45,058 nucleotides of DNA from Verrucomicrobiales bacterium (GTDB lineage: Bacteria; Verrucomicrobiota; Verrucomicrobiia; Verrucomicrobiales; V1-33), in the NCBI GenBank assembly GCA_031411295.1, contig JANOAV010000155.1, forward strand, positions 1-45,058, written 5' to 3'. Both the position numbers and the translations under genes were made by a program. Positions 27,013 through 36,966 of this stretch are shown piece after piece. The first letter of the stretch is position 1. Every line of letters starts with the position of its first letter. Below the pieces are notes generated by a model. It was not told where the DNA came from, ran no database searches, and saw only the letters and a program-made list of their open reading frames with translations.

Positions 27013-27825
27013 ATGGTGCAACCTGATGACTCCCCCTTAGCCGATCCGTTCTCAACGATCGAAATCCGTTCCTACTTCGTCCGCCACCGCAACGCGCTGG
27101 TGGTGCGGGGCCATTTCGCCCCGCTGTTCGTGGATTACTATCTGCATCTGGCGCAGAACAAATTGGTGCTGAGCCAATTCCAAGACGCCGCCATGAAAGA
27201 TGGTCTGGCGGCCCTGACGCTGCATTTGGCGTCCCGTCCGTGGAATGAACAGCACGCTTGGACGCTGCATTTCCAAAAGCCGCTGGTCAATCTGTTCCTT
27301 TGTGGAGATAATCAAAGCTCAAAGGTCGCTGGGAGAATTTTTGATCGAGACATCAAAGATACGCGGACGAATTTGTTCTTTTCCCAATTGATCAAAGAGG
27401 GGCTCAGTGAGCCCCGCACCAGCACCGTGGAGTTCAACGGATCGAATATCTTCCGCGCCACCGAGCACTATTATTTGCAAAGCGAGCAGCGCATGGGGCG
27501 GTATTTTGACTATGGGGATGAGGAGTATGTCTTTGTCTCCGCGCAACCGGGGTGCGATCTGCCGTGGCTGGAGGCACTGGATACCGAGGCGATTCGTGAA
27601 CTTGATAAGCAGGAGCAATTGAGTCTGCTCGAAACCAGATTTTACCACTTTGAATGCGGTTGCACGGAGCGTCGCATCTGGCAAGTGCTGGCTCCCCATT
27701 GCCGGGGCGGGGCGGAAGAGTTGTTCGGGGCGGAGGAGCACATTGATGTTAGTTGCCGCCGCTGTGGAGCCAACTATCGGATCCAGCGCGAGCAGTTCGA
27801 AGCCTTTCTGGCCTCAGCGCTTTAA
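27013..27825 (+). CDS. hslO: Hsp33-family redox-regulated chaperone
   Basis: YY.QSEQ motif and C-terminal F.CGC...CRRC zinc-switch motif. Confidence 0.8.
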   Translation: MVQPDDSPLADPFSTIEIRSYFVRHRNALVVRGHFAPLFVDYYLHLAQNKLVLSQFQDAAMKDGLAALTLHLASRPWNEQHAWTLHFQKPLVNLFLCGDNQSSKVAGRIFDRDIKDTRTNLFFSQLIKEGLSEPRTSTVEFNGSNIFRATEHYYLQSEQRMGRYFDYGDEEYVFVSAQPGCDLPWLEALDTEAIRELDKQEQLSLLETRFYHFECGCTERRIWQVLAPHCRGGAEELFGAEEHIDVSCRRCGANYRIQREQFEAFLASAL

Positions 27826-27900
27826 ATCATCGTGTGCTCCGGGGTGATTGAGGCGGGTGAGATTAAAAAAATCAGCTAACATTCTTGCGTTATGGTAAAA

Positions 27901-27920
27901 GTTTGCGAAATTTCACAAAC
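27901..27920. promoter_or_regulatory. Near-perfect palindrome just upstream of rex (candidate Rex operator)
   Basis: GTTTGCGAAATTTCACAAAC has TTGYGAA / TTCACAA half-sites and ends 3 nt before the ATG. Confidence 0.6.
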
Positions 27921-27923
27921 ATT

Positions 27924-28538
27924 ATGGTCAAGCCAGATATCCCCCGCAAAACAGTCTATCGTCTCTCCCTTTACCAACGCTGCCTGCAACAATTGAAGCG
28001 GACTGGCACCGCCACCGTTTCATCCGAAGCACTCGCGAAGGCGGCCGGGGTAAAACCTGCTCAGTTGCGGAAGGATTTGACCCATTTCGGGAATTTTGGC
28101 ACCCGTGGGCTGGGTTATAGTGTAGAGGGGCTATCGTCTGAGTTGACGACGGTTCTGGGCACGGCGCGTTTACAGCCGGTTATTTTGGTAGGCGCGGGCA
28201 ATTTGGGATCAGCATTGATGCGTTACGGTGGTTTTAACAAGGAAGGTTTTGAGATCTGCGCAGCGTTCGACCAAGAGCCTAGTCCGCGGGGGAATTCGGA
28301 AATTCCGCTCTATCCGATGACTGAATTGGCCAGAATCATCGGAGAGCAGCAGGTAAAAATGGCCATTCTAGCCGTGCCGGCGGCCGCAGCTCAGGGGGTG
28401 GTCAACGAGCTGGTTTCTTATGGCGTGCAGGCAATTTTGAATTTTGCCCCAACGTTGATCAGCGTGCCGGAAGGCGTCTGGGTAAACAGTGTCGATCTGG
28501 CGGTGGAACTGGAAAACCTGAGTTACTTCATTCGGTAG
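27924..28538 (+). CDS. rex: Redox-sensing transcriptional repressor Rex
   Basis: RLSLY.R.L, QLRKDL..FG.FG.RG.GY, GAGNLG.AL and AILNFAP. Confidence 0.97.
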   Translation: MVKPDIPRKTVYRLSLYQRCLQQLKRTGTATVSSEALAKAAGVKPAQLRKDLTHFGNFGTRGLGYSVEGLSSELTTVLGTARLQPVILVGAGNLGSALMRYGGFNKEGFEICAAFDQEPSPRGNSEIPLYPMTELARIIGEQQVKMAILAVPAAAAQGVVNELVSYGVQAILNFAPTLISVPEGVWVNSVDLAVELENLSYFIR

Positions 28539-28597
28539 GCCGAATGCTCTCCAGGCGCGGTTTTACGGCTTGAGCGTTGCTCCATGCTGACACGAAG

Positions 28598-28634
28598 CAG
28601 GGCACCTCTTGCGAGGTGCCCTGTTCGAAGTTTT
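28598..28634. terminator. Hairpin terminator between convergent rex and the RRM gene
   Basis: CAGGGCACCTC-ttgc-GAGGTGCCCTG followed by ttcgaagttttt. Confidence 0.7.
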
Positions 28635-28664
28635 TAGACTGGGCAGTTAAGCCAGTGGTTGGGC

Positions 28665-29123
28665 CTAACGGTATCCGCCGCCACCGCCGCCACGACGATC
28701 TCCGTCGCGACCACGACCGCCGCCGCCACCACCGTAGCCGCCGCCGCCACCACCGCCGCCACGACGATCACCGCCGTAGCCGCCACCACCGCCGCCGCCG
28801 CCACCGCCGCGACGATCACCACCACGGCCACCGCCGCCGTAACCGCCGCCGCCACCACCGCCACCGGTGCGAGGCTCAGGGGGACGGGCTTCGTTGACTT
28901 GGAGGTCACGACCTTGGAAGTTCTGGCCATTCAGTCCGTCGATGGACTTGGTGGCTTCTTCTGGAGTTTCCATCGTGACGAAGGCAAAGCCACGTGGGCG
29001 GCCAGATTCACGATCGGCTGGGAGGGCCACGTCGAGGACGTTGCCGTATTGGCTGAACAGCTCACGGATTTCGTCCTGGCTGGCTTTGAAGGACAGATTG
29101 CCCACATATAGTTTCGTTGACAT
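28665..29123 (-). CDS. RRM RNA-binding protein with a Gly/Arg-rich tail
   Basis: RNP2 LYVGNL, RNP1 RGFAFV, VNEARP and a GGGG(Y/R) low-complexity tail. Confidence 0.95.
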   Translation of the reverse strand: MSTKLYVGNLSFKASQDEIRELFSQYGNVLDVALPADRESGRPRGFAFVTMETPEEATKSIDGLNGQNFQGRDLQVNEARPPEPRTGGGGGGGGYGGGGRGGDRRGGGGGGGGGGYGGDRRGGGGGGGGYGGGGGGRGRDGDRRGGGGGGYR

Positions 29124-29439
29124 GTTATTTGCTTTTGGTTTGGTTTTAAAAACCATGAACGCTTCGGGCGGGATCTCAACCAAACGCAGACCTAACATTA
29201 CTAAAAGGATACGGGAGATAACGAGACTATCACTAACGTGCGGACAGGGTCTGGTCCGACATGTATCATCAAGCGTCGGGAAAGCAAGAGTTTATTTTGC
29301 CTGAATGCACTCGAGGGCTGGCGTCGTCGAAAATGCCAGAAACCATTCGCCTAGGGCATTCAGGGGTTTACGTGGCGCGAAAATCATTTATCTTGCGCGC
29401 TCTTATCCCTGATCCCTTATTTTTTGCGCTCTTAATTTC

Positions 29440-30564
29440 ATGTCGATTGCTCCAGTGACTTACGATATTCCCGCCGTGGCTAAACATTTCGCGATGGCGG
29501 GGGACTTGCTGGGTTTCCAACCCTGTGGCCACGGATTGATCAACGACACCTATGAAGTGCGCTACAACCAGGGCGGGGTGGCGGTGCGCTATGTCATCCA
29601 ACGAATCAATCATCACGTGTTCCAGCGCCCCGAGTTGGTGATGGACAATATTGTGCGAGTCACCACGCATATTGGCAAGAAATTAGCAGGTTCAGGTGGG
29701 GCGGATATCGCGCGGCGGGTCTTAACCTTGGTGCCAACCCGGAGTGGGAAGCTCTGGTATAAGGATGCGGTCGGCAATACGTGGCGGGTTTACGTTTACA
29801 TCGAAAATGCGGTGGCGCATGATCGCGTGGAAAGCCCGGCGGTGGCGGAGGAGGCGGCCCGGGCCTTCGGGGAATTCCAGCAATTGTTGGTTGATCTCAA
29901 AGGTCCGCGGTTGGCGGATACCATCCCGAATTTCCATCACACCCGCAGTCGTTATAATGCGCTGATGCAGGCGGTGGAAGACGATGTCGTTGGCCGGCTG
30001 AAATCCGTGCGGCAGGAACTGGATTGGATCCGCGAGCGGGAAGAGGTCGTCGATGTGCTGCTCAATCTGCAAGCGTCAGGCGAATTGCCGGAGCGGATCA
30101 CCCACAATGATACGAAGATCAACAATGTTATGATGGATCAAAGCACGGGGGAGGGGATTTGCGTGATGGACTTGGACACCGTGATGCCGGGACTGGTGCT
30201 CTACGATTTTGGGGACTTGGTGCGAGCCACGACCATTTCCACGGCCGAAGATTCGATGGAACTGGATCAAGTGCGCATGCGTCGCTCTTTGTTTGACGCC
30301 TTGGTGCGGGGATACCTCAAGGGGACTGGAGGCTTTTTGACGGATAAGGAAGTCGAGTATCTGGCCTTTTCCGGGAAACTCATCACCTTGGAAACGGGGA
30401 TTCGTTTCCTGACAGATTACCTCAACGGAGACCGCTACTTCAAAACCACGCGTCCGTCCCACAACTTGGATCGTTTCCGAGTGCAGGCGAAAATGGTGGA
30501 GTCGATTGAATCCCAAGAAACCGCCATGCAGGGAACCGTCGAAGCTTGCCGCTCAGGGAAATAG
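29440..30564 (+). CDS. Aminoglycoside-phosphotransferase-fold kinase (N-acetylhexosamine 1-kinase-like)
   Basis: GHGLINDTY, QRIN..VF, HNDTKINN, DLDTVMPG, DFGD and RFLTDYLNGD.YF. Confidence 0.85.
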   Translation: MSIAPVTYDIPAVAKHFAMAGDLLGFQPCGHGLINDTYEVRYNQGGVAVRYVIQRINHHVFQRPELVMDNIVRVTTHIGKKLAGSGGADIARRVLTLVPTRSGKLWYKDAVGNTWRVYVYIENAVAHDRVESPAVAEEAARAFGEFQQLLVDLKGPRLADTIPNFHHTRSRYNALMQAVEDDVVGRLKSVRQELDWIREREEVVDVLLNLQASGELPERITHNDTKINNVMMDQSTGEGICVMDLDTVMPGLVLYDFGDLVRATTISTAEDSMELDQVRMRRSLFDALVRGYLKGTGGFLTDKEVEYLAFSGKLITLETGIRFLTDYLNGDRYFKTTRPSHNLDRFRVQAKMVESIESQETAMQGTVEACRSGK

Positions 30565-30603
30565 CGTTAGGTTTCCCAATTCCTTTTACCAACCGACCAA
30601 ACC

Positions 30604-31515
30604 ATGACCTATCTTATTACCGGAGGTTCCGGATTCATCGGCAGCCATTTAGTGGAAGCACTGCAAGGGCGGGGCACCGTCCGCGTGCTGGATAACTTGC
30701 GCACCGGTTTCCGCAAGAATTTGGATGGCTTGGAGGTGGAATTCCATGAAGGTTCCGTGCTGGATCAGGCGCTGCTGGCGAAGGTCATGGCCGGAGTGGA
30801 CTACGTCTTCCATTTGGCGGCCATGGTGAGTGTGCCCGAGAGTGTAGCGAATCCCCGGGAGTGTGAAGAAATCAATGGATTTGGGTTGCTGAACGTGCTG
30901 GAAGCAGCCACCGCTGCTGGCGTGAGGAAGGTCTTTTTTGCCAGTAGTGCCGCCGTCTATGGAGATAATCCCACGGTGCCCAAGGTGGAAACGATGATTC
31001 CTGAACCCAAGAGCCCGTATGCCTTCACCAAGTTGCTGGGGGAGCATTACTGCCGCTTTTTCCATGATGAAGGACGTGTCAAGACGGCCTGCCTCAGGTT
31101 CTTTAACGTCTTCGGTCCGCGGCAGGATCCCAAGGGTCCCTATGCCGCGGCGGTGGCGATCTTTATGGCCAAGGCCTTGCGGGGAGAACCCATTATAATT
31201 CATGGCGATGGTGAACAAACGCGCGATTTCATTTACGTGAAGGACATCGTGGCGGCCATGCTGCATGTCACGCTGAATGACGAGATCACCGGTGTCTTCA
31301 ACGCGGGCTACGGTGGTTCCGTGACGTTGAATGAAATTGCAGAGTTCATCGTGGCGCAAGCTGGCACGGGCTCGGTAGTGCAGCACGGACCGGTGCGCGC
31401 GGGCGATGTGAGGCATAGTCGGGCAGCGGTGGATCTGCTGCAGACAACGGGATTCAAGCCCATCAGCAGCCTGAAAGAAGGCTTGGCGTCCATGCTCTCA
31501 GTCCCCACGGTCTGA
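30604..31515 (+). CDS. NAD-dependent epimerase (UDP-hexose 4-epimerase-like SDR)
   Basis: TGGSGFIGSH, SSAAVYG, YAFTK and RFFNVFGPRQD. Confidence 0.93.
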   Translation: MTYLITGGSGFIGSHLVEALQGRGTVRVLDNLRTGFRKNLDGLEVEFHEGSVLDQALLAKVMAGVDYVFHLAAMVSVPESVANPRECEEINGFGLLNVLEAATAAGVRKVFFASSAAVYGDNPTVPKVETMIPEPKSPYAFTKLLGEHYCRFFHDEGRVKTACLRFFNVFGPRQDPKGPYAAAVAIFMAKALRGEPIIIHGDGEQTRDFIYVKDIVAAMLHVTLNDEITGVFNAGYGGSVTLNEIAEFIVAQAGTGSVVQHGPVRAGDVRHSRAAVDLLQTTGFKPISSLKEGLASMLSVPTV

Positions 31516-31570
31516 AATAATCGCCAATTTTTTTGCTGGCGAGGGCGGCGTGATTCCTTAATGGTGGCTC

Positions 31571-32806
31571 ATGCACGTCCCTACTCTGATTGAACACAAA
31601 CGCGAAGGCGGGGCCTTCAGCGCAGCGCAGATCGATTTCCTGATTGCCGGGCTAACCGATGGCTCCATTCCGGAATACCAGTGGAGCGCGCTGGCCATGG
31701 CGATCTATTTCCGCGGCATGACGGCGGAGGAAACGTGGCAACTCACGCGGGCCATGCGGGACAGCGGCACGGTAATTCAATACCCAGACGGGCATCCTCC
31801 CATCGTGGATAAACACAGCACGGGTGGGGTGGGGGACAAGGTTTCCCTCATCCTGGCGCCACTGCTGGCGTGCGATGGGCTCTGGGTGCCGATGATTTCC
31901 GGCCGGGGCTTGGGCATTACGGGTGGCACGTTGGATAAGCTGGAGAGTATCCCTGGGTTCAAGACACGACTGGCGGAGGCCGATCTGATTCCGCAGTTGC
32001 AGCAGATTGGGGTCTTCATGGCGGGGCAGACGGATCGTTTATGTCCGGCGGATCGGAAGCTCTACAGCCTTCGGGATGTGACCGGCACGGTGCCCAGCCA
32101 GCCCCTGATTGTGGCTAGCATCATGAGCAAGAAGCTGGCGGAAAATCTGGATCGCTTGGTGTTGGATGTGAAATTCGGTTCGGGTGCTTTCATGAAAACG
32201 CGCCCGGAAGCGCAATCGCTAGCCGATGCCATGGCGGCGGTGGCGCAACTGGCTGGAGTGGAATTTACCGCCCAGCTCAATCCCATGGACGAGCCGCTGG
32301 GTCAGGCGGTGGGCAATGCTTTGGAAGTTCATGAATGCCTTGAAACCATGCAGGGCCGGGGTCCGGCCGATTTGGAAAATTTAACCCTAACTCTGGCCGA
32401 AGCGCTGACAAAAACCCCACGCACTCAGCTCCAGCGCTGGCTGCATGACGGCACGGCGTATGCGAAGTTCCAGCAACTCGTCAGCGCCCATGGCGGCAAT
32501 CCCGCAGACTTGGAAACGCTCGTTTCTAAAATTCATCCTGCTCCCTGCATCGTAGAGGTGCTGGCTCCGGTCGGTGGAACGCTGCGTCGTTTTGATGCGC
32601 TGACCGTGGGCCGGGCCTGCGTGGCTCTGGGCGGCGGGCGCGCCAAGGCGACGGATGCGATCGATTTTGCGGTTGGCTTTGATGCCATGGCGAAGTGCGG
32701 TCAGGTCATCAGCCAGGGAGATCGACTTTGCCGGGTGCACGCGCGCACGGCCGAGGCTGCGGCCGAGGCTCAGCAGCAGATTTTAGCAGCGGTCACCATT
32801 TTTTAA
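31571..32806 (+). CDS. deoA: Thymidine / pyrimidine-nucleoside phosphorylase
   Basis: DKHSTGGVGDK, SGRGLG.TGGTLDKLESIPG, SIMSKK and DVKFGSGAFMK. Confidence 0.93.
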   Translation: MHVPTLIEHKREGGAFSAAQIDFLIAGLTDGSIPEYQWSALAMAIYFRGMTAEETWQLTRAMRDSGTVIQYPDGHPPIVDKHSTGGVGDKVSLILAPLLACDGLWVPMISGRGLGITGGTLDKLESIPGFKTRLAEADLIPQLQQIGVFMAGQTDRLCPADRKLYSLRDVTGTVPSQPLIVASIMSKKLAENLDRLVLDVKFGSGAFMKTRPEAQSLADAMAAVAQLAGVEFTAQLNPMDEPLGQAVGNALEVHECLETMQGRGPADLENLTLTLAEALTKTPRTQLQRWLHDGTAYAKFQQLVSAHGGNPADLETLVSKIHPAPCIVEVLAPVGGTLRRFDALTVGRACVALGGGRAKATDAIDFAVGFDAMAKCGQVISQGDRLCRVHARTAEAAAEAQQQILAAVTIF

Positions 32807-32896
32807 CCGAAGCGGTGAGGAAACATTGAGTGGCTCGCAAATAAAGCTGGTCATTCCTAGGGGAATCACCTAGGCTATCACCGAAAGGCCATCATT

Positions 32897-33526
32897 ATGA
32901 AACTTCCCCGCAAAGCATGGATCTCACTGATATCTCTAATCTTAGGTAGCACGGTGGTGTTCTGGGCTGCGAAAGCACGGTGGGAGCGCTTTCAAGCGGA
33001 AGAGAGCATGAAGCACCGGATGCGGAACGCCTATCTAATACACCAAGCGTTATTCGCCTATGCCAGTAGTCACGATGGCGTCTTCCCTAACCAGAACCCA
33101 GACGGGAGTGATTTTAAGACATCGAATGAGGCCTTCCGCCAATTGTTTGTTAGTGGTTTGCTCGACGATGAAACGATGTTCTTCGAAGCCGGCACGCCTT
33201 GGTGTGTCGGGAGCAAGCCGGATGGGGACATTGGTGGACCTGAAGATAACTATGCCAAAGCCGTGGCACCTGGGGAGAATTTTTGGGCTTACGCCACGGG
33301 GCAGATATCGACTGGCAGCGCCACCAGTCCCCTGCTGATGGATGGACACACCGCAGAGCGACTGAACGGGCAGCCGGACCGACGACCGGAGGGAGCGTGG
33401 GATTACCGCGTGATCGTGTGGCTAGATGGTAGTGTGAAATTTTCCCCATCAGAAGAGGAAATTTCAGCCCTGAAGACGGGATTGAGCACACTCAATATCC
33501 TCCCACCCGCCCTGCCAGCCAAATGA
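32897..33526 (+). CDS. Membrane-anchored pseudopilin-like (type II secretion / DUF1559-like) protein
   Basis: N-terminal TM, then N...IHQAL..YA..HDG.FP, SNEAFRQLF, GEN.WAY, PLLMD and V.LDGSV. Confidence 0.7.
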   Translation: MKLPRKAWISLISLILGSTVVFWAAKARWERFQAEESMKHRMRNAYLIHQALFAYASSHDGVFPNQNPDGSDFKTSNEAFRQLFVSGLLDDETMFFEAGTPWCVGSKPDGDIGGPEDNYAKAVAPGENFWAYATGQISTGSATSPLLMDGHTAERLNGQPDRRPEGAWDYRVIVWLDGSVKFSPSEEEISALKTGLSTLNILPPALPAK

Positions 33527-34206
33527 AGTTCCTTCGCAAATCGCACCTCAAAGTGGGGTTCTGGGCCATCGCAGCTCTGTTTGGTCTATTGGTTGTATCC
33601 ACCGCGTGGCGTAACTTCGGGCAAAAGACCAGGGCAAGGTCTCGGCTGAGAGTGGCTTATAATATTCATCAAGCGTTGACCCATTATGGATCCACTCACG
33701 AGGGACTGCTGCCTCCAGCCGGGGAGTGGTCGAACGACGTTTTTAGGGAGTTGTTCAGGACGGGAATAATGGATGGGGAAGGCCTGTTCTTCGTCAAAGG
33801 CAGCCCTTGGTGTGAGGGGGAGTTGCCAGAAAACCCCGGAAGTGAAGCCTCCGGATATGCTGAAGCGGTGTCGGCTGGGGAAAACCATTGGGCCTGCCTT
33901 ACGGGAGTAAATTTGAGCGCCCCCGAGATGCAAAATCTGCCGTTGCTGATGGATGCATACACGGCGGAATTTGCGTTAGGAAATGAGTCAAGGCGCAACG
34001 AATGGTTCGGGAAGCATGGTCGCTACGATGTGGTAATAACGGTAAAAGGAGCGGGTCGAGCGTATGAACTGACTGACAAAGATCTGAAGGCCGTGTTTGC
34101 TCCCATGGTGGACCTGTTCCCGAGCGGTCTTAAGTTACTCCTCCCACAACCACCGAAGGGAGGCTTGCTTCCCGTGGGTGATTGGATTGAGGCCGTGGGG
34201 TATTAG
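33523..34206 (+). CDS. Paralogue of the preceding pseudopilin-like protein
   Basis: Shares AY.IHQAL..Y...H.G, SN..FR.LF, G.PWC.G, AV..GEN.WA and PLLMD with 32897-33526. ATGA overlap. Confidence 0.7.
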   Translation: MKFLRKSHLKVGFWAIAALFGLLVVSTAWRNFGQKTRARSRLRVAYNIHQALTHYGSTHEGLLPPAGEWSNDVFRELFRTGIMDGEGLFFVKGSPWCEGELPENPGSEASGYAEAVSAGENHWACLTGVNLSAPEMQNLPLLMDAYTAEFALGNESRRNEWFGKHGRYDVVITVKGAGRAYELTDKDLKAVFAPMVDLFPSGLKLLLPQPPKGGLLPVGDWIEAVGY

Positions 34207-34208
34207 CA

Positions 34209-34538
34209 TTAGGCATCCAAGCGATCCAGTTCCAACGAAGCCCTGATGGGCTTTGGGGTGCGACCGAAGAGTCGGTTTTCGGTTAGGATGGGGTTGAGTT
34301 CCCGTTCGGCCCGACGTGACTTCAGGTCGGTGCGCTCCGGCCAGGTGGCGGGGGCCACTTTTTCGACTCGAAGCTTTTCTTCCGCCAAGTGGCGACGATG
34401 CTCAATCAGGTCCCGTAACCCCGGTCGAACCGGCACGGCCGGGATGTCGCGTTCCGATAACGTTTCGGTGCGCAGGGGCACCAACACTGGTCGGAGCGCG
34501 ATGAGGGGTAGTGGATCTAGGGCAGAATCGGTCATCAA
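34209..34538 (-). CDS. Hypothetical protein (uncertain)
   Basis: Only plausible ORF filling the gap; its stop abuts the convergent gene. No recognisable motif. Confidence 0.35.
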   Translation of the reverse strand: MMTDSALDPLPLIALRPVLVPLRTETLSERDIPAVPVRPGLRDLIEHRRHLAEEKLRVEKVAPATWPERTDLKSRRAERELNPILTENRLFGRTPKPIRASLELDRLDA

Positions 34539-34752
34539 CGTTCTGCATATATTTGATTTCCTTAAAGATCAAGCCTTCTTAATGATTGTTTTCGCGTTTC
34601 GGAGAATTGGCTGTGGTGGATCTGATGCGTTTGGAAATGGGGCAATCTGCGATCACGTCTGCTGGTTTGGGAACGGATTGATTCCACAACGCGCTGGGAA
34701 TTCTATTTGCGAGACTGCGAAAATGGGGGCTTGGTAGGCATTCCCAAAACCT

Positions 34753-36963
34753 ATGAACGAGCCCGCTGTCCCATCCACCGAGATCCTGTCCCCACCCAAG
34801 CCCCGTCGCCAATTGCCTTGGGTGATTCTGGGCGTGTTGGTGGTGCAACTTGGGATTTTCTTTGGCGCGGTCTATAATTTGCAACATAACACGGGGCAGA
34901 TGGATAATAAGTTCAAGGACGTGGCGGTGGAGAAGTTCATGGGCTTCATGACTTGGGCCAATCTCGACCTGCTCCGCGGCTATGGCATCATCGCGCTGGG
35001 GATGGTGTTGCTGGCTTGGCCCTTGGTCGGTTGGTATCTTCGCAACAAACCCAACCCTACTTGGGGAATGATTCTCTGGCGTGCCATGGCCGTGGCGGGC
35101 GGGGTCTGGGCATTTTATATTTTGCGATTCTTCTACGCCAAACCATTTTTCTTCACGTTGGACCCCGGGTTCAAAACAATCTATCAAGTCGTGGCGGGTT
35201 GGCTGCCAGAGAAGGTGCAGTGGTGGATCTTTGATTTTGTCCCGCTGTGCGTGGTGGGACTGCTGCTGGTGCATTACGGGCACCACATCGTGCGCTTCTT
35301 CGCGCCGCAATGGCCGGCTCGCGCCACGCGCACGGTGGGAACGCTGGGAATAGCCTCCGTGGCTTTAGGGGCCTTCGGGGTGATGAGTTTCACCAAGCCA
35401 ATCCCGAAGATCGTGAAACGCGATTCTCGCCCTAACATTCTTATTCTGGCTTCGGATTCCCTGCGGGCGGACCATCTTTCCTGCAATGGCTATTACCGCC
35501 CGACGACACCAGCGATTGATGAGTTGGCCAAACATTCGGTGAATTTCAAAAAGTGCTTCGTGCCGATCGCCTCAACCCTGGAGAGCATGACTAGCATCAT
35601 GTCCGGACAGTTTCCCCACACCCATGGGCTGCAGCACATGTTCCCGAATCGCCAACAAGTGGATCACGTGCAGGCGCATGCGCCCACGCTGGCCAACCAA
35701 CTGGGAGCGGCTGGTTATAGCACAGCGGTAGTGGGCGATTGGTGTGCCGGGGTCTTCGATCTGCTGCCGCATGGATTTCAAGAACGGGACGTTTCCACCT
35801 TCGACAACTTCAAGGTGTATATGACGCAGGTGGTGTATCGGGAGCATCCGTTGCTGCCAGTCTTCTTCGATAATCCCATGGGCTACTGGATGTTTCCTGG
35901 CCTGCGCAGTTGCGCCTCCTTCGTGACGCCCGAAGTGGTCACGGATCGTTTGAAAAGCCGTCTAACCACCGAAGCAACGAGCGAGAAGCCCTTCTTCATC
36001 ACGACTTTCTACAGCACCACCCACATTCCGTATCGGGTCAATCCGCCCTACAACACCAAGTTTACCGATCCTAACTACGCGGGGGATCATAAGGAGGCAA
36101 TGGCGCTCGATGTTGGGAAATTCATCAGTGACGTCAACGTGGCTCACAAATGGCGCGACCTGCCAGAGGTCGAGGTGAATCAGATCGTGGGCCTGTATGA
36201 TGGTTGCGTGGCGAAGTTTGATGACTCGGTGAAGACGATTCTGGAGCACCTCAAGGAACTGGGATTGGCTGAGAACACCATCGTCTTGGTCACAGCGGAT
36301 CATGGCGATGATCTCTTCGAGCCCAACTGCACCTTCGGTCACGGGCTGAGCTTCAATGGCGGGGATCAGAATGGCAATGTGCCGTTTGTGCTTCATTTGC
36401 CGGATGGGCTTGGGGCAGGCAAGCAAGTGGAGCAGATTGTGCGCACGATCGATTTCGCGCCCACGCTGCTTGATTTGGCTGGAATCAAGCCAGATCAACG
36501 CATTGAGGGAGTCAGCCTGAGACCGTATTTGGAAGCAAAGCCAGCGGACCTCTCGCTGGCTGTCTTTGCGGAAACCAGTTACCTGTTCTGCAAACGTTAC
36601 ATTCCCAACGAGGAACCGCTCTACATGGAACCAATGGATTCCACGACCTTTGTGGACGAATCCTTTAACTGCCATTTTGTGCTGAAGGACAAATACCAGG
36701 AGGATGTGCTCAAGACAAAGGAGCGATGCCTGCGGACGCAAAACTGGAAGCTGGTCTTTACTCCCGGTAAAAATAAGGACATCTGGCGCCTGTTCGACGT
36801 GCGCAAGGATTTGCACTGCGAACACCCCGTAAACTTGGAGCATCCCGTGGTCTTCCAAGCCATGCAGGACAAGCTCCTCAAGTGGATGCGCGAGAAGAAG
36901 GAAAGTCGGATCACCGAAATTTTCCCGGACGGGGAACCCAGTGGGGACATCGTAAAACAGTAG
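34753..36963 (+). CDS. Membrane-anchored sulfatase-like hydrolase/transferase (alkaline phosphatase superfamily)
   Basis: About five N-terminal TM segments, then PNILILASDSLRADH, STLESMTSIMSG.FP..HG, HIPY, YDG.V, ADHG and IDFAPTLL. Confidence 0.88.
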   Translation: MNEPAVPSTEILSPPKPRRQLPWVILGVLVVQLGIFFGAVYNLQHNTGQMDNKFKDVAVEKFMGFMTWANLDLLRGYGIIALGMVLLAWPLVGWYLRNKPNPTWGMILWRAMAVAGGVWAFYILRFFYAKPFFFTLDPGFKTIYQVVAGWLPEKVQWWIFDFVPLCVVGLLLVHYGHHIVRFFAPQWPARATRTVGTLGIASVALGAFGVMSFTKPIPKIVKRDSRPNILILASDSLRADHLSCNGYYRPTTPAIDELAKHSVNFKKCFVPIASTLESMTSIMSGQFPHTHGLQHMFPNRQQVDHVQAHAPTLANQLGAAGYSTAVVGDWCAGVFDLLPHGFQERDVSTFDNFKVYMTQVVYREHPLLPVFFDNPMGYWMFPGLRSCASFVTPEVVTDRLKSRLTTEATSEKPFFITTFYSTTHIPYRVNPPYNTKFTDPNYAGDHKEAMALDVGKFISDVNVAHKWRDLPEVEVNQIVGLYDGCVAKFDDSVKTILEHLKELGLAENTIVLVTADHGDDLFEPNCTFGHGLSFNGGDQNGNVPFVLHLPDGLGAGKQVEQIVRTIDFAPTLLDLAGIKPDQRIEGVSLRPYLEAKPADLSLAVFAETSYLFCKRYIPNEEPLYMEPMDSTTFVDESFNCHFVLKDKYQEDVLKTKERCLRTQNWKLVFTPGKNKDIWRLFDVRKDLHCEHPVNLEHPVVFQAMQDKLLKWMREKKESRITEIFPDGEPSGDIVKQ

Positions 36964-36966
36964 CAT

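Noticed and set aside
28670..28870. (GCC/ACC)n low-complexity repeat as a separate element
   Set aside because: Explained by the Gly-rich tail of the RRM protein. The overlapping Ala/Thr- and Arg/His-rich ORFs are shadows.
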